DNA from: Amoebophrya sp. A120
Taxonomy: Eukaryota; Protista; Dinoflagellata
Length of the DNA stretch: 64,000 bases
Assembly (NCBI GenBank): GCA_905178155.1
Contig: CAJINV010000001.1
Location: 543,643 to 607,642, forward strand
Direction of reading: 5' to 3'
Below the pieces are notes generated by a model. It saw nothing but the letters and a program-made list of their open reading frames with translations, was not told the DNA's origin and searched no databases. How positions within the stretch are numbered: position 1 is the stretch's first letter; each line of letters begins with the position of its first letter. The translations under genes and the position numbers were made by a program. Of this stretch, positions 12,593 to 24,535 are shown piece by piece.

Positions 12593-15500
12593 TCATGGCA
12601 TCGCGAGTTTCCGCAGCGGTTCGTCGTGGAAGTTGGAGTGCAGATGCAGGTCCCCGAAACTGCGCAACTTTTTGGACAAAACCGCCATTTTCCGTGTGCT
12701 CGTCGTGGACTGCTTCCTGGCTGCCGCGCGCTCCGCCTGCTCCGTGAATATATTCTCCGTGCTGTGTTGCCGCAGGTGTTCGATACCATTGTTCTCCTCT
12801 TGGTCGCCTAAATTGAGGTCTTTCAGCCCGGAGGATAAAAAAGCTGTTGAATTCCGGTGGTGAACCGTGGACCGCCTTCTGGATCAAATGCAAAAATGTC
12901 TGGGTCTGGATGTCCTGTTGGAAGGCTAAGGGCAGGGCGTCCCATTCGTTTATAAACTTAAAACGGTAGCCACCTACCCAGCAAACTCTGAGCGGAATAA
13001 GCACGGGCAAAGCGATCTCTACCGAGAGACAGTCACAAGAGCTCCTGGGACGGCTGCGGGATGAGCTTTGTAGCCATCTGAGTTGTAGGGATAACTTTGC
13101 CGGCAGACCCACCAGCGCTGAGGGATAAAAGAAAAGTAAAAAAGCGGTAAAGTCATCTACTATGGCACAGTCCGAAGTACGAAAAAACCCATCTTAAAAA
13201 AGTGAGGCGAGATGTAATGTAGTTGTCTTCATGGCGAGCAGCTGCAACAAGGCGAACTGTCGCAGCGGACAAATGCAAAAACGTCCGCGACCGAGCAGAG
13301 ATGGAACCACCTACACCACCGACCAATACAGCATCAGATCATGCAAAAGGCCGGAACAAGCCCGAACAACCAAGGGCGGAGCAACTACATTACAAGCCCC
13401 AAGATGGGAAATAAACTATCTAACCCAAGCTACACTAAGTATAATTTACCTTAACTAACGCTACATACTAGCGCGCGTTTAAACCGATCCACTTCTGCCC
13501 GTACCGTCTTTAGCCTGACTTTCTCGACCACCCTAAGAAGTGGCCCGGATGTCATGCAGATTTTACATGACACATGACGTCTCTAATGCATAACCTGGCA
13601 TCACAAATTCTTAGCGGGCTTTCTCGTGCCTATCCCGCATGAGAAATACCCTCTCCATGTAGCACAAACTGGAGCCCTCTTGCTGGTCACGCAATACAGA
13701 TTTTTGTATAATGCAGAGACAGCATCACAAGTTGCAATCTTCCAGACCCAGACACTTTTGCATTTGATAGGTCTCCTAAATTGATGTCTTTCAACCCGGA
13801 GGACAAAAAAGCTGTTGAATTCCGGTGGTGCACCGTGGACCGCCTTCTTATTACAGTGAAAAGTGCCCCCCACCCCCAAAGTTGCAAAAATTTGTGATGC
13901 GAGGTTTCCAAATGAAACCTTTTTGTCATGCATGAAAGGAATATGAATCTTTCTGATGCAGATTCTAGTGTTGTTTCGCATCGCTTGCATGACGAGCACC
14001 GCTCTTGCTGGGATCTTTTGCAATACAAATTTTTGCTATTCACAATCGGAAATCTGTGATGCTGATACATGCAAGAGGGCGAATGTTTCATTTGGAAAGG
14101 TTTGCAATACAAATGCTTTCAAGTTCGGGGGTGGGGGCATTTTTCATTGTAATACTTCTACTCTTCGAACCACTCTTGTTATTGTGATTCGCACTGGACG
14201 AAGCGCCGGTCGTGCTGCCGTCTGGAAGCAGATTATTGGAATTTGCAGCGTGGTCAGAAACAACTCCGCTAGTAGTTCCTCTACTCTTCCTCTCGCTCGA
14301 ACCAGTGACAGCTCCCTTTCGGCTCGAAGACCCCCGCCGGCGCTGCTCGCGCCGACCGGCTGCCCCGTCCTCGCCGTCGTCGCTCGAAATTCGTTGCAAA
14401 ACGGCCGTTTCCTTGCTGCTGTTACTGGACATCCCCCGGTGCAGTTCCTGATGGGTCCAGGACCGCTGGCTGATGCGCTTCGGCAGCAGGTCCGGAATGT
14501 CGTCCTCGTTGTTCTCGTGCTCGTCCACTTGCGAAAACCGCCCGCCCTTCCGGATGAGGTAGTTGTGCCCGCCGGGGAAGGGGTCGTGAAGGAAAAAGTC
14601 CCGCGCGGACGTGGAATCCGTAAACTCGGAGCAGGCCGTGTCGGACTCCAGACTCGCGTTCGCAATCCGGTGCTCCAGAAAGTCCACCGCGTGCGCGTGC
14701 GCCTGCTGACTCAACTCGACGAAAGGGGTGAAGAACTGGAACACGTGGGGCATGTCCTCGTAGATGAGCAGCTGCACGTCGACTCCGTAGGCCCGCGCGC
14801 GCGACGCAAACTTCAGGTTCTGCTTCCGCAGCATCTCGCCGCCGCCGGTCTGAATCAGCATGGGCGGCAAATTCACCAAATCGCCATATAGCGGGGAGCA
14901 CAGCGGGTGGCCGCGCTGCTTCGCGTCCGGGCAGTACATGCAGGCTGCGTACTCCAGCATGCACGGGTTGACATAGTCGCAGTCCGGAAACTTGTTGTTC
15001 AGCAGGATCTGCCGCCGTTCCTTGCGCTCCTTGCGCTTTTGCTTGTCCTCGACGTTGGCGTCGCACAGCTGCGTCGGATTCTGGCCACCTTCTTCGTTCT
15101 TCAACACGTGGATAAAGGCCGTGGTTTTGCTGGCCAAATTCTCGCTCGCGTCCGTGCTGCTGGTCACCTCGCCCTCCTCGTTTTCGAGCGACTGGTATTG
15201 TGAGGAAACATCCCCCCTCCCCATATTGAAAGCGCATCCTTCTGAAAATCTGTGATGCAGCTTTGTGGCCACAAATCCTGTTTGTCTTGCATGAAGGCAA
15301 ATCCACAGAATCCGCCGCATTATACAGGCGGTTTGTGATGCTGTTGGGCCTACACCATCGACGTTTTTCATGCTAGGAGCCTACGCAAAAACCTCTCGGC
15401 TCAGGCTTGGCATATGCCTGCAGTCCTCTACTGCAACAGACATCTGATTTGTATACTGAAATCCAGCATCAGAAACTTCTTTTCGGTATGGGGAGGGAGG

Positions 15501-17824
15501 ATCTTTCCTTTTGATAACTGGGTGCGGCTGCGGACCGGCGTAGTGGTGACTTTCATCATCTCGGGGATTATTTGGGGGGAAAGCTGCTGCTGCTGCCCGA
15601 GTTTCGCGTTCGCGGTTTTGTTCATCTTCCCCGCCCAGATGTCGGTGACGGTCAACATCCCCGGGACAGGCTTGTAGCCCGTATCCGTGAGGTCGACCCA
15701 GGGAGAAATCAGCACCGAGCAGGCCGGCATCAAGTGGTGCAAATTTCGCTCCTTGAGAACCAGTTGCACGGCGACGCACAGCCCCCCGCCGGCACTGTCG
15801 CCGACGAGGTACGTGTTCTGCGGCGTGTAGCGGGGGCAGGTGCGGTACACGAAGAGGAGGGAATCCACGCAGTCGTTTACCGCGGTCGGATATCAAGTGT
15901 AAAAGTGTCTGGGTCTGGGAGCTTGTGATGCTGGGTAGCGTCTCATGATGAGGCTACAAATGCTCGCTTAGCACGACTACAAGTTTCTGAGCTTCTAGGT
16001 GTTGCCTATTCTGCATGACAAACTGCGCCTCTGCATCACAGAAAAACGCAGCTCTTGGGTAACGTGCGTGACAGATTTAAGAGTCATGCCAGACAAGCAT
16101 GACAAAGATGAATTCTTCCAGACCAAGACATTTTTACATTTGATATCGGAAAGGGGTGGTCCGGCGGCCGCCGGTAATCCGGCACGCACGCGCGCAGCCG
16201 CTTCCCGTGTCGCTGCTGGAACTTGTACAGTAGGCGGGAAATGAACTCCGAGTGGCTGTCGCCCGTGAAACAGTTGTAGCCCCCGCCGTGGTATGGATTG
16301 CAAAAGTGTCTGAGTCTGGAAGATTCTAAACTTGTCATGCTGTCTCTGGATTCTATTAAACAAATTTGCACTGCATGACCAGCAAGAGGACTCCAGTTTG
16401 TGCTACGCGGTAAGGGTATCTCTCATGCGGTAGAGGCATCGAAAAGTTCTCTAAAAATCAGTGATGCTAGGGCATACATCACAGACGTCATGGATCATTC
16501 AAAATATGCATGACAAAGAACCTGGCAACTTTCCAGACCCAGACACTTTTGCAGTTGATACGTGGCAGTAGAAGATCAGCCCCGCGTCGTCGCTCTCGAG
16601 CGAGGTGGGCGCCGTGAAGGATTCTGTAGATCATGTTGAAGGAGCTTTATCGGACTGTTTTCCTTTTCATGACTCCTACTTGAATCGGGAGTAGAAATTT
16701 AGCTGTTTCATCAACCACCGAAGAGACCACTACGCAAATAAGGCAGATGAACCGAAAGAAGGCAATAAACGCTGCTAGTTGAGGAAGATGAAACGACCAC
16801 AGTACTTCTATCGACTACATAAAGATAATTTGGCCGCTAGTAGTAAGTAAGTACCTGTCGCCGCCCCGGCGTTCCGATCTGGGAAGAGCCAGTTCCACAC
16901 GCGCGCGCTGACGGATTGCTGCGGGCGCACCGGCCCGGGGAAGTCGAACCAGGTGATCCGGCACGGCTCGGACTGGATGCCCCGCGGGTGGCGCTGGATG
17001 CGCACCCCGGGGAAGGAGGCCTTCGTCAGGAGCAGCTCGTACTTGTCCAAGATCGTGATGAAGTGCGACAGGGGCTGCACGCAGTCGCGCAGGTAGGCCA
17101 GCCCGTCGCCCTTGAAGAAGGCGTGCACGATCCACTGCGGCGACCGCGTGGCCTCCACCAGAAACTCCATCCGCGCGCTCCACTTCGGGCTGGTCATCCG
17201 CCGCAGAAAGACCGCCTTGTAGAGCACCAGATACGTCACCCGGAACGGCTGCGTTACCACCGGCAGCCAGGGCCAAAAGCTGTCGACCAGGAACCGGAAG
17301 GCCGGCCGGCTGTCCAGCAGGTAGTAGAACAACCGCCAGCTGCCGACGGCCACCACAAACGTTTTCACCGTGGAGAGGAGCCAGCGCCCCAGGAAAAACC
17401 GCAACTTAGTGGAGGAGGAGTACTGTTTTTTCAGGTAACGCGCGTACATGAGAAGCGAGATGAGGAACAAAGCGATTATCGACCGCTTTTGTGCCGACGG
17501 GGATTTATTCATTTTCGACGGGAAGATATTAGGCTGCTGTCTCGCTGTTGCTAGTGAAGACGATGTCGGCTTCAGCACAGAAGCCCCGCTCGAGGTGGAA
17601 TGATGACCAGGAGGAGCGCTTGGGGTTGCAGTCCGCTTCTCTCCTTCGCGGGGCAACGATCCCTGGTCTTTCGACGAGTTGCCACTGCTCATGCCTGTAT
17701 TCATAATTATCGCGGAATTCTTGCGGGTTTGTTGCGGGGTTTGCGCAGCCGTACCTCTCCACCACGAACCGAAGGCGGACCCACCGGGGGCGGCCGCCTG
17801 TTCCGGGGGTAAGGGGGAGGACAT
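12593..17824 (-). CDS. Hormone-sensitive-lipase (GDXG) family alpha/beta hydrolase, multi-exon
   Basis: After element removal: LIFYCHGGGY, DYRRPPDHPFPTAVND, LVGDSAGGGL, ISPWVDL, YEDMPHVFQ. There is also an N-terminal hydrophobic segment. Confidence 0.88.
12802..13848. repeat. 79-bp duplicated exon segment (12802-12880 and 13770-13848)
   Basis: GGTC(G/T)CCTAAATTGA...GGACCGCCTTCT occurs twice with 5 mismatches. Confidence 0.9.
12882..13769. mobile_element. Composite family A element carrying a ~630-bp internal insertion
   Basis: Left end GATCAAATGCAAAAATGTCTGGGTCTGG, right end CCAGACCCAGACACTTTTGCATTTGATA. No 5-bp repeat; GGATGTC occurs at 12908 and 13547. Confidence 0.7.
13849..14154. mobile_element. 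Introner-like TIR element, family B-related
   Basis: TATTACAGTGAAAAGTGCCCCCCACCCCC...GGGGGTGGGGGCATTTTTCATTGTAATA; repeat CTTCT. Confidence 0.9.
15196..15516. mobile_element. Introner-like TIR element, family B
   Basis: TATTG...CCCCCCTCCCCATA...TATGGGGAGGGAGG...TGATA; repeat ACTGG; removal gives SRTQ|SLEN. Confidence 0.9.
15891..16145. mobile_element. Introner-like TIR element, family A
   Basis: Repeat TCGGA; removal gives DHPFP|TAVND. Confidence 0.92.
16292..16560. mobile_element. Introner-like TIR element, family A
   Basis: Repeat CGTGG; removal restores the H|GGG oxyanion motif. Confidence 0.92.
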
Positions 17825-18859
17825 GAAAATGATATCGACGGACTTAAAGTTATTGATAAAGTAAATCGATTATGTACAAGGAGAAGGAAGTTTGTCGTTA
17901 CTTGCAAAAAACATTCATAGAACGGAAGACTTTTGTCCCGATATTGTGGTGGTCATAAACCGCAGGTTTGTAATGACCTTTCCTGATAAACTAGCTCGTA
18001 TGCATACACGGTTTTACAGTTCCTATACACGAACCAGTAGCTCAACAACAAAACACCAGTTAATACACCTACACACAGCTAATTTTTGTTTTCACAGCTT
18101 GCTTTTTGATTTCAAAAACAAACCGTTGCCGTGGGTGCAATTGATTCTGCGATTCGACACATCAAACTGTGCCTTCTGCTACTCGACTCTAATTTGTCCT
18201 ATGTCCTATGGTGTCGGCCGACAATCATGATTGATTCTTACGAAGACGACTCACTTTTAGGAGAAAACGCGAATTATTGGTGTGTGGGGAGGAATGAGAA
18301 TGTGGGAAGCGGGGGAAGGTAGAGGTAGCTGTATGCAGTTTTTAATCGGCGACGATAACGAAAGCCATGCAGGAGCAATTTCAGTGCGGCTAAAAAAAAC
18401 CGACCGTTTGCTAGAAAAGCATTCCTCGAAGTAGACACGATTTAGGAAAACAGAATGCCCACAAGCCGTTTTGAGTTGCTCTCTCTCTCAGCGTAAATTT
18501 TCGAAATTTGTCCTAACTACAAAACCACCGATTTCACCTCTCGATCAATGCGTGTAGTTCTTTGAGGCGTCTAACTTTTATAAATATATCTTTGGCAGCA
18601 ACTGCAAATGCGACGCACGCAACTTCTCTTCCTCCTCAGGGGCCTCAACATCGCAGCAAGCCGGCCAATATTGCAAGCTTGCATGTAGCAGGGAAAGCTA
18701 GCCGCAGTGTGTCTGTAACTACACGCGAAGTAGGAGGTTACAATTACTATATACCCAGAAGATCATGTTGCTCATGTGCGTGTGACTCTTGTTCATCACC
18801 GCAATTATTCGCGGAAACAGGCAATAGATACTGCATCGAAGACTTAAATTACAACCTCC

Positions 18860-19955
18860 TCAGTGACTGTACAGCTGGAGTCCAACGACGGAGAGAACTA
18901 GACAGATCAGACTAAAGTGCGAGAAGCCCATGATGTCCCGAATCATGGAGGCCTCGCCCTCCAGCGCCCGCGTCCCTGACGCGCAGTACGACATGGTCGC
19001 CCACAGGGTCCGCCCAAAAAACAGCAAGCACGGCACCCCGAATATGAAGATAGACGCGAGATTTAAAGCCAAAGTTTTCGTCGCATGATGATCCTCTCCT
19101 GCATCCACCACCTCGTCGACTCGTGCGCTCTCCGCTTTCATCTGCGCATTTTTTTTCACAATCCCGCTGGCGGCCGGGCTTTTTCTCCTCGTCGCAGTAT
19201 TTTTGCCACTGCTACTTCTGCCACGACTACTCGGCGATTTATTCACCTGCCTGTTCCGCTGTCGTGCCGTCGTCGCACCTGTCCCGAGCGCACTTGTGGT
19301 GGAGGACCCAAGGCTTGGTCGGTGTCCCGTCGCGGCTACGCCGGCGGTCAGTGGTTCGTCCCCAAAGCGCGAGCGGTCTTCCTCGTTTTTCAAGAAAAAG
19401 CTTCCAGAATAATGAACCGAAGACGACGCTTGTCCAGCGCGGTAGTATGCGTCGTAGGTCTGCAGCAGCAAAGCCCCGCCGGTGACTGCCATGGGTATCA
19501 AATGCAAATGTGTCTGGGTCTGGAAGGATGCAAACTTCTCATGCATATTTTCCACCATGCCCCATGAGGTTTGGAATGCAGGACCTAGCATGACAGGTTC
19601 TGCGACGTCCCTATCTATCATGCCTATCCTCCATGACAAACTGCCTCTAAACTTGTTCAAAACTGGACAGCTTTTGGTAGTCATGCAACACAAATTTTTG
19701 TACGATCCTGACTTAGCATGACAAGTTCGCATCCTCCCAGACCCAGACATATTTGCAATGCATAATGGGGATCCAAACACGAAAAGCGCCGCCGACCGCG
19801 AACACGTCGTCCAGCAAGACGCAGTAAACGTTCGAATGCAGCCCCGGAGTGAGCGTGCTCCGGTCTACCGTAAATTCCACCATCAGCATACCGAGCAGGT
19901 ACCCACAGCCAACCAGCAGCAGCTTCTGCGCAAGGCCGGAAGTCGCTGATGTCAT
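18860..19955 (-). CDS. Hypothetical multi-pass membrane protein
   Basis: Two ORFs join in frame (RVWIP|MAVTGG) after element removal. Several hydrophobic stretches are present; the ends are uncertain. Confidence 0.6.
19496..19764. mobile_element. Introner-like TIR element, family A
   Basis: Repeat ATGGG; interior nearly identical to 21769-22030. Confidence 0.92.
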
Positions 19956-20783
19956 TGTTTTTGTTTGCGGAGAAGACCGTTGAGGGAGTAGTAGTGGTAG
20001 TTGAGGGGAAAAAATATCCCAGCACTTTTGTTCATCCTTAAACTTTTATTCTTGCGGAGAACAAAGTACTAGCGAGCGTGAGCGACCAGCAATTCGTCCA
20101 CATTTGGTACTACGAAAAAACACGTGGATGCTTAGCAGCACGGTCGACATGAATCATGCCTATTTAGGGTAGTTCTTCCCTACCACGATTGACAAGCCGA
20201 ACCCAAAAACATCAGCACCACTCGTGATTGTCGATCGTGGTTAGCTTCCCCGACTTTTTGAGGCCCATAATTTCTTCCAAAATCAATCAGCTGGTCTGGG
20301 GTGGTCGTGCATTCTGGTAGCTGTTGAATCCGGTTCATAGTGTCAAACTAATATCAAATTTACACAGTCTAGTAGGCGACATTAGTGACGATAGGGTGTA
20401 CAGCAGTGGTGATACAAAACGAAAAGTACGTTCTTTTCTACAAGTACAACGAGCAACTTCATAAATTGTAGAGCGTTCCCCGCTTGATTGCAGGTAGCGC
20501 TCACAGCCTCATCAATTATCAAAACTGAAACGAGTTGGTACAGGATATCATCCGAGACGAGCAAGAACTTTCCTCCTGTAAATTGCTCACACTTTTTCAT
20601 CACAAGATCCATTTGCTTTTACATAACGAACTCTGAAGCGTTGAGTATCTCTACATAATTTTCCGTATGTAGTATTGGTATTGCAGCCGCGCTTCTACTT
20701 CTATAGCTACTTTCTACCTATTCGACTGTCCTGGTGGGGCTTTGCTTCCTTTTGTCCGTAATAAAAAGAGCAGCACGCTCTAC

Positions 20784-23700
20784 TTACACTTCCCCGACGA
20801 CATCGGGGTCGGGCTGGCTTCCCATTCCCTCGCGCCCAGCCGCCCCACCCCCGTCCCCCGCTTCCATCTTCACCAGCACCACGAGCGCAGCCACGGCGGC
20901 AACCGCCCCGGCCATCAGGAAGGACCAGTGCGGCAACTTGTGGTACCACTGCTCGCTCTCTTCGGACACGGTGAATCCCACCTTCTTGTGCCACTCGTCG
21001 AACTCTTCAAATATGCATTGCAAATATGTCTGGGTCTGGATTTGTGATGGAAAATTTCAAGGACAGCATAGAATATCAAATGCAGGAATACGAATGGCCA
21101 GTTTTTGTGTCATGCTGTGAAACTTTGTTGGTCGTGCAAAGCATACTACCACGCACTCGCAATACCACGCGAAAAATATTTGTGATGCGTCAAGTAGACC
21201 GTACAGAGCATCGCCCTTTCATGCAAGACTCAGCAACACAAATTCGCTGAGTCTTTCCAGACATCGAGGGATATTATTTGCATTTGATATCAAAATCGAT
21301 GTGCCCACTGTTGTCCTTGTCCATCAACTTGAAGTAGTCGTCGGACGTGGCCTCGTATCGAGTGCAAACATAACTGGGTCTGGATGAGCGCAGGAGTTTT
21401 TTCCCATGCAGATTTTGAATGCCCCCCGAGGACTGACATGTAAGTGATACTAGCGTCACGGGTCCTCTACTTGGAAGATCCGCTTTGCGATGCATATCCA
21501 CCCGCACGAGGAATAAATGTTACCGTTTCACCATGGCCAAAAAGTAGGAGAAGCTTGTGCTATCCGCGCAAGACAAGTTTTTGTGTGATCTATAGCAGTA
21601 CGCATCACAAGTTTATTGTTACAATGTTCCAGACCCAGACACATTTGCAATGCGTATCTCGGCCAGCTTCTTGAACTCCTCCTTGTCCATGTGGTTCGAC
21701 TTGTCCGCGTCAAACTGGTCAAATTTTTGCTTCAACTCCGCCGCCCCGCCCTGTTCGTCCACTCCGGCTATCGAATGCAAATATGTCTGGGTCTGCAAGA
21801 ATACAAACTTCTCATGCATATTTTCTATGCCCCATGAGGTTTGGAATGCAGGACCTAGCATGACAGGTTCTTCGACGTCTCTATGATGCCTAACCTGCAT
21901 GACAAACTGCCTCTAAACTTGTCCAAAAGTGGACAGCTTTCGGTAGTCATGCAACACAAATTTTTGCACGATCCAGACTTAGCATGACAAGTTCGCGTCC
22001 TCCCAAACCCAGACATATTTGCAATGCATACCGGCGGCTTTGTGCCAACTCTCAAACTCCTCGAAGTCGATGTGCCCGCTGTGGTCCTTGTCGATCACGT
22101 TGAGGTAGTCGTGTGAGGTTTCGACCAGCAACTTCTTCCATTCGGCCTTGTCCAGTATCCTGAGTAAAACGTCCCCGCACCAGAAGCAAGCTGGGAAATC
22201 TCGTCCTGGGAAATCTGCTAGACAAATCTGTCAGCTTTTGCCGTTGCGCATGACATAAACAGACTGTATGACACGTTTGTCCTCGCTGCAGTGTAATAAC
22301 CTGTTTAGCTTGTTCAGCAGCATCGCAGATCTAGCCTATCATGCGGATTCTAGCATCACAAATCCCAAAACACGAGTAGAAACTGCTTCTCATGGGTCTC
22401 CGCATCAGCAACAATTTCAGCATGCAGGTTTGCATGACAACTCTGGGGTGGGGACGTTTTTATTACACAGGATATCCAGGTGCCCCGTCTTGTCCTCGTC
22501 GTACTTGTCGAACTTCGCCTTCAGATCCGCCTTCTCCTGGGCCGCCCCGAAACCGGCGCGCCGGTGCCAGTCCTCGAATTCCTTGTAGTCGATTTGCTTG
22601 CTTTTGTCGGCGTCAATATCGCACGAAAAAAGTGCTTCACTGTAAGGATTTTGCAAGTTTTGCATCACAAGTTTGTGCTACATCACAGAGAAAATTTGCC
22701 ACGCGAGACTCCTGAGGGAAAACACAGCGGAAAATCTAGCGTCTTGCATGTGTAGCAAGACAACCACTTCTCAGATGCGTTTTCTGCATTACAAGTTTAC
22801 AGTGAAACAGTTTTTTCTTCCGATAATCAATGGTATCAAAGTAATCGTCCGAGGTCGCCGCGAGCAGCGATATCGTAAGGGAAAATCCCCCCTCCCCATA
22901 TTGAAAAGGCACGCCTCAGAGAATTTGCGAAGCTGATTTGTGACCACAAATCGCGTCTGTCTTGCAAGAAAGCAATGCTTTGGGCTCCGCCCGATTATGC
23001 AGGCGGTTTGTAATGCTGTTGGGCCTACAGCATAGACGTCCTTCATGCTAAGTGCCTAGACTAAAACCTCTCTACAGTTGCATGATATAGGCCTGCAGTC
23101 CTCAACTGCAGCACAAATTTGATCTGTGTACGCAAATCCAGCATCAGAAATTTCGTTTTGATATGGGGAGGGGGGATTTTTCCTGTTGATAAGCGACGTG
23201 AATTCCTTTATGTCAATCCGCTCGGATTTGTTGGCATCGAACTTCGCAAAGTTCTCTTTCAGTTTCTGCTCCTGGTGGCCAATATCAACTGCAAATCTGT
23301 CTGGGTCTGGAACAAGCCTGTAAACTTGTCACGCACGTTTTCCATGTTGACCCATGAGGTCTGGAATGCTGGACCTGGCATGACAGACTCTGTGAGGTCT
23401 TTGTGATGCCTATCCTGCATCAGAAACTACCTAGTTCCAACTTGGCCCCGAAAGTGGACAGCTTTTACCGCTCACGCAACACAGATTTTTGCATGATTCG
23501 GATTTAGCGTGACAAGTTGCAATCTTCCAGACCCAGACATATTTGCATTTGATAGCCAACCTGCGTGTGCCAGTGGTTGAACTCATCGTAGTCGATTTCC
23601 CCGCTACCGTCCTTGTCGATCACGCGAAAGTAATCTCCTGACGTCTCCACCAGTAACTTCTTAAACTCTTCCGCGTCCAGGTGTCCCGATTTGTCGTTGT

Positions 23701-24535
23701 CGTACTTGTCAAACTTCTGCCGGAGGACGTCCTCCCCGCCGGCTGTTGCTCCGGCGCCGCCCGCCGCCGCAGCCCCTGGCGCCGCAATCGCTCCGGGTTC
23801 ACCGGTGCCACCAGCTGCCCGCACCTGGACGACAGACGTGGACGACGAAACAAGTTCCGAATTCGGGTCGATCTCCGCGATTGCCGAGTAGCTCACACGA
23901 GCTGGAGCTGCTACCGCAGCTGGTGCTACGACGACAACATCTGCCGTTGCAGCGTTGCTTTCTCGGCGCAGTATCTTCCCTCGCTTCGGCGGCGGTTGCT
24001 GTTGACCGGGTAATGCTGGTGGTGGTGTTCCAGCATCTTGGTCTTCTTGTTGCTGTTCGACTGGTTGCGCTGGGTGGCTGTTTGTTGAAGAATCAGACGA
24101 ACTTGCAGGAGAAGTCGCAACCCGGATGTCTGTTCTGGAAACCTGCTCCTGCGTCGACGGTGGCGAACGCTGCAAGTCTGCCTCGATCTCGGGTTTTGTT
24201 GTCGGATCTAAATGGGTAGTTGATTTGTTATTTGTTTGTTGAAAACAATAAGTGTTCTAGAAAACGAACAATAAGTGCTGGCCGGAAGTAAAAAAACGTG
24301 CGCGATCTTGACATTTCTCGAGCTCGCGCTCTTGCGCTACTTAGTCCTCAACACATCATGCATCAGTATGGTTTCCAACACTGAGAATAATTGCGTTACC
24401 TCCTGCCAAACCGCGCACGCTACTGGAGAACAGGCAAACCCAGGCCAGGGCGGCGAGAGGACTCCTGAAAACATTACGTGTTGCGGTCATCCTCGTCGTG
24501 GCGCTAGTTGCTGCGCTGATAAAAGAATCATACAT
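20784..24535 (-). CDS. Multi-EF-hand Ca2+-binding protein with probable N-terminal hydrophobic segment and C-terminal TM helix
   Basis: EF loops include DNDKSGHLDAEE, DKDGSGEIDYDE, DADKSKQIDYKE, DEDKTGHLDKAE, DKDHSGHIDFEE and DKDNSGHIDFEE. The frame is continuous after removing 7 elements. The first exon is inferred. Confidence 0.8.
21012..21289. mobile_element. Introner-like TIR element, family A
   Basis: Repeat TCAAA; removal gives HIDFE|EFDEW. Confidence 0.9.
21356..21656. mobile_element. Introner-like TIR element, family A (diverged)
   Basis: Repeat CCTCG/TCTCG (4 of 5); frame restored. Confidence 0.85.
21769..22030. mobile_element. Introner-like TIR element, family A
   Basis: Repeat CCGGC; removal gives WHKAAG|VDEQ. 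Confidence 0.92.
22156..22474. mobile_element. Introner-like TIR element, family E
   Basis: TATCCTGAGTAAAACGTCCCC...GGGGACGTTTTTATTACACAGGATA; repeat TCCAG; removal gives GHLD|KAE. Confidence 0.9.
22617..22825. mobile_element. Introner-like TIR element, family D
   Basis: TATCGCACGAAAAAAG...CAGTTTTTTCTTCCGATA; repeat GTCAA/ATCAA; removal gives DTID|ADKSK. Confidence 0.85.
22871..23191. mobile_element. Introner-like TIR element, family B
   Basis: Repeat AGCGA; interior similar to 15196-15516. Confidence 0.92.
23283..23554. mobile_element. Introner-like TIR element, family A
   Basis: Repeat GCCAA; removal gives TQVG|HQEQ. Confidence 0.92.

Noticed and set aside
21012-23554. Clustered repeats with unique spacers resembling a CRISPR array
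   Set aside because: The repeats are inverted pairs around elements of 200-320 bp, the 'spacers' are EF-hand exons, and no cas genes are present.
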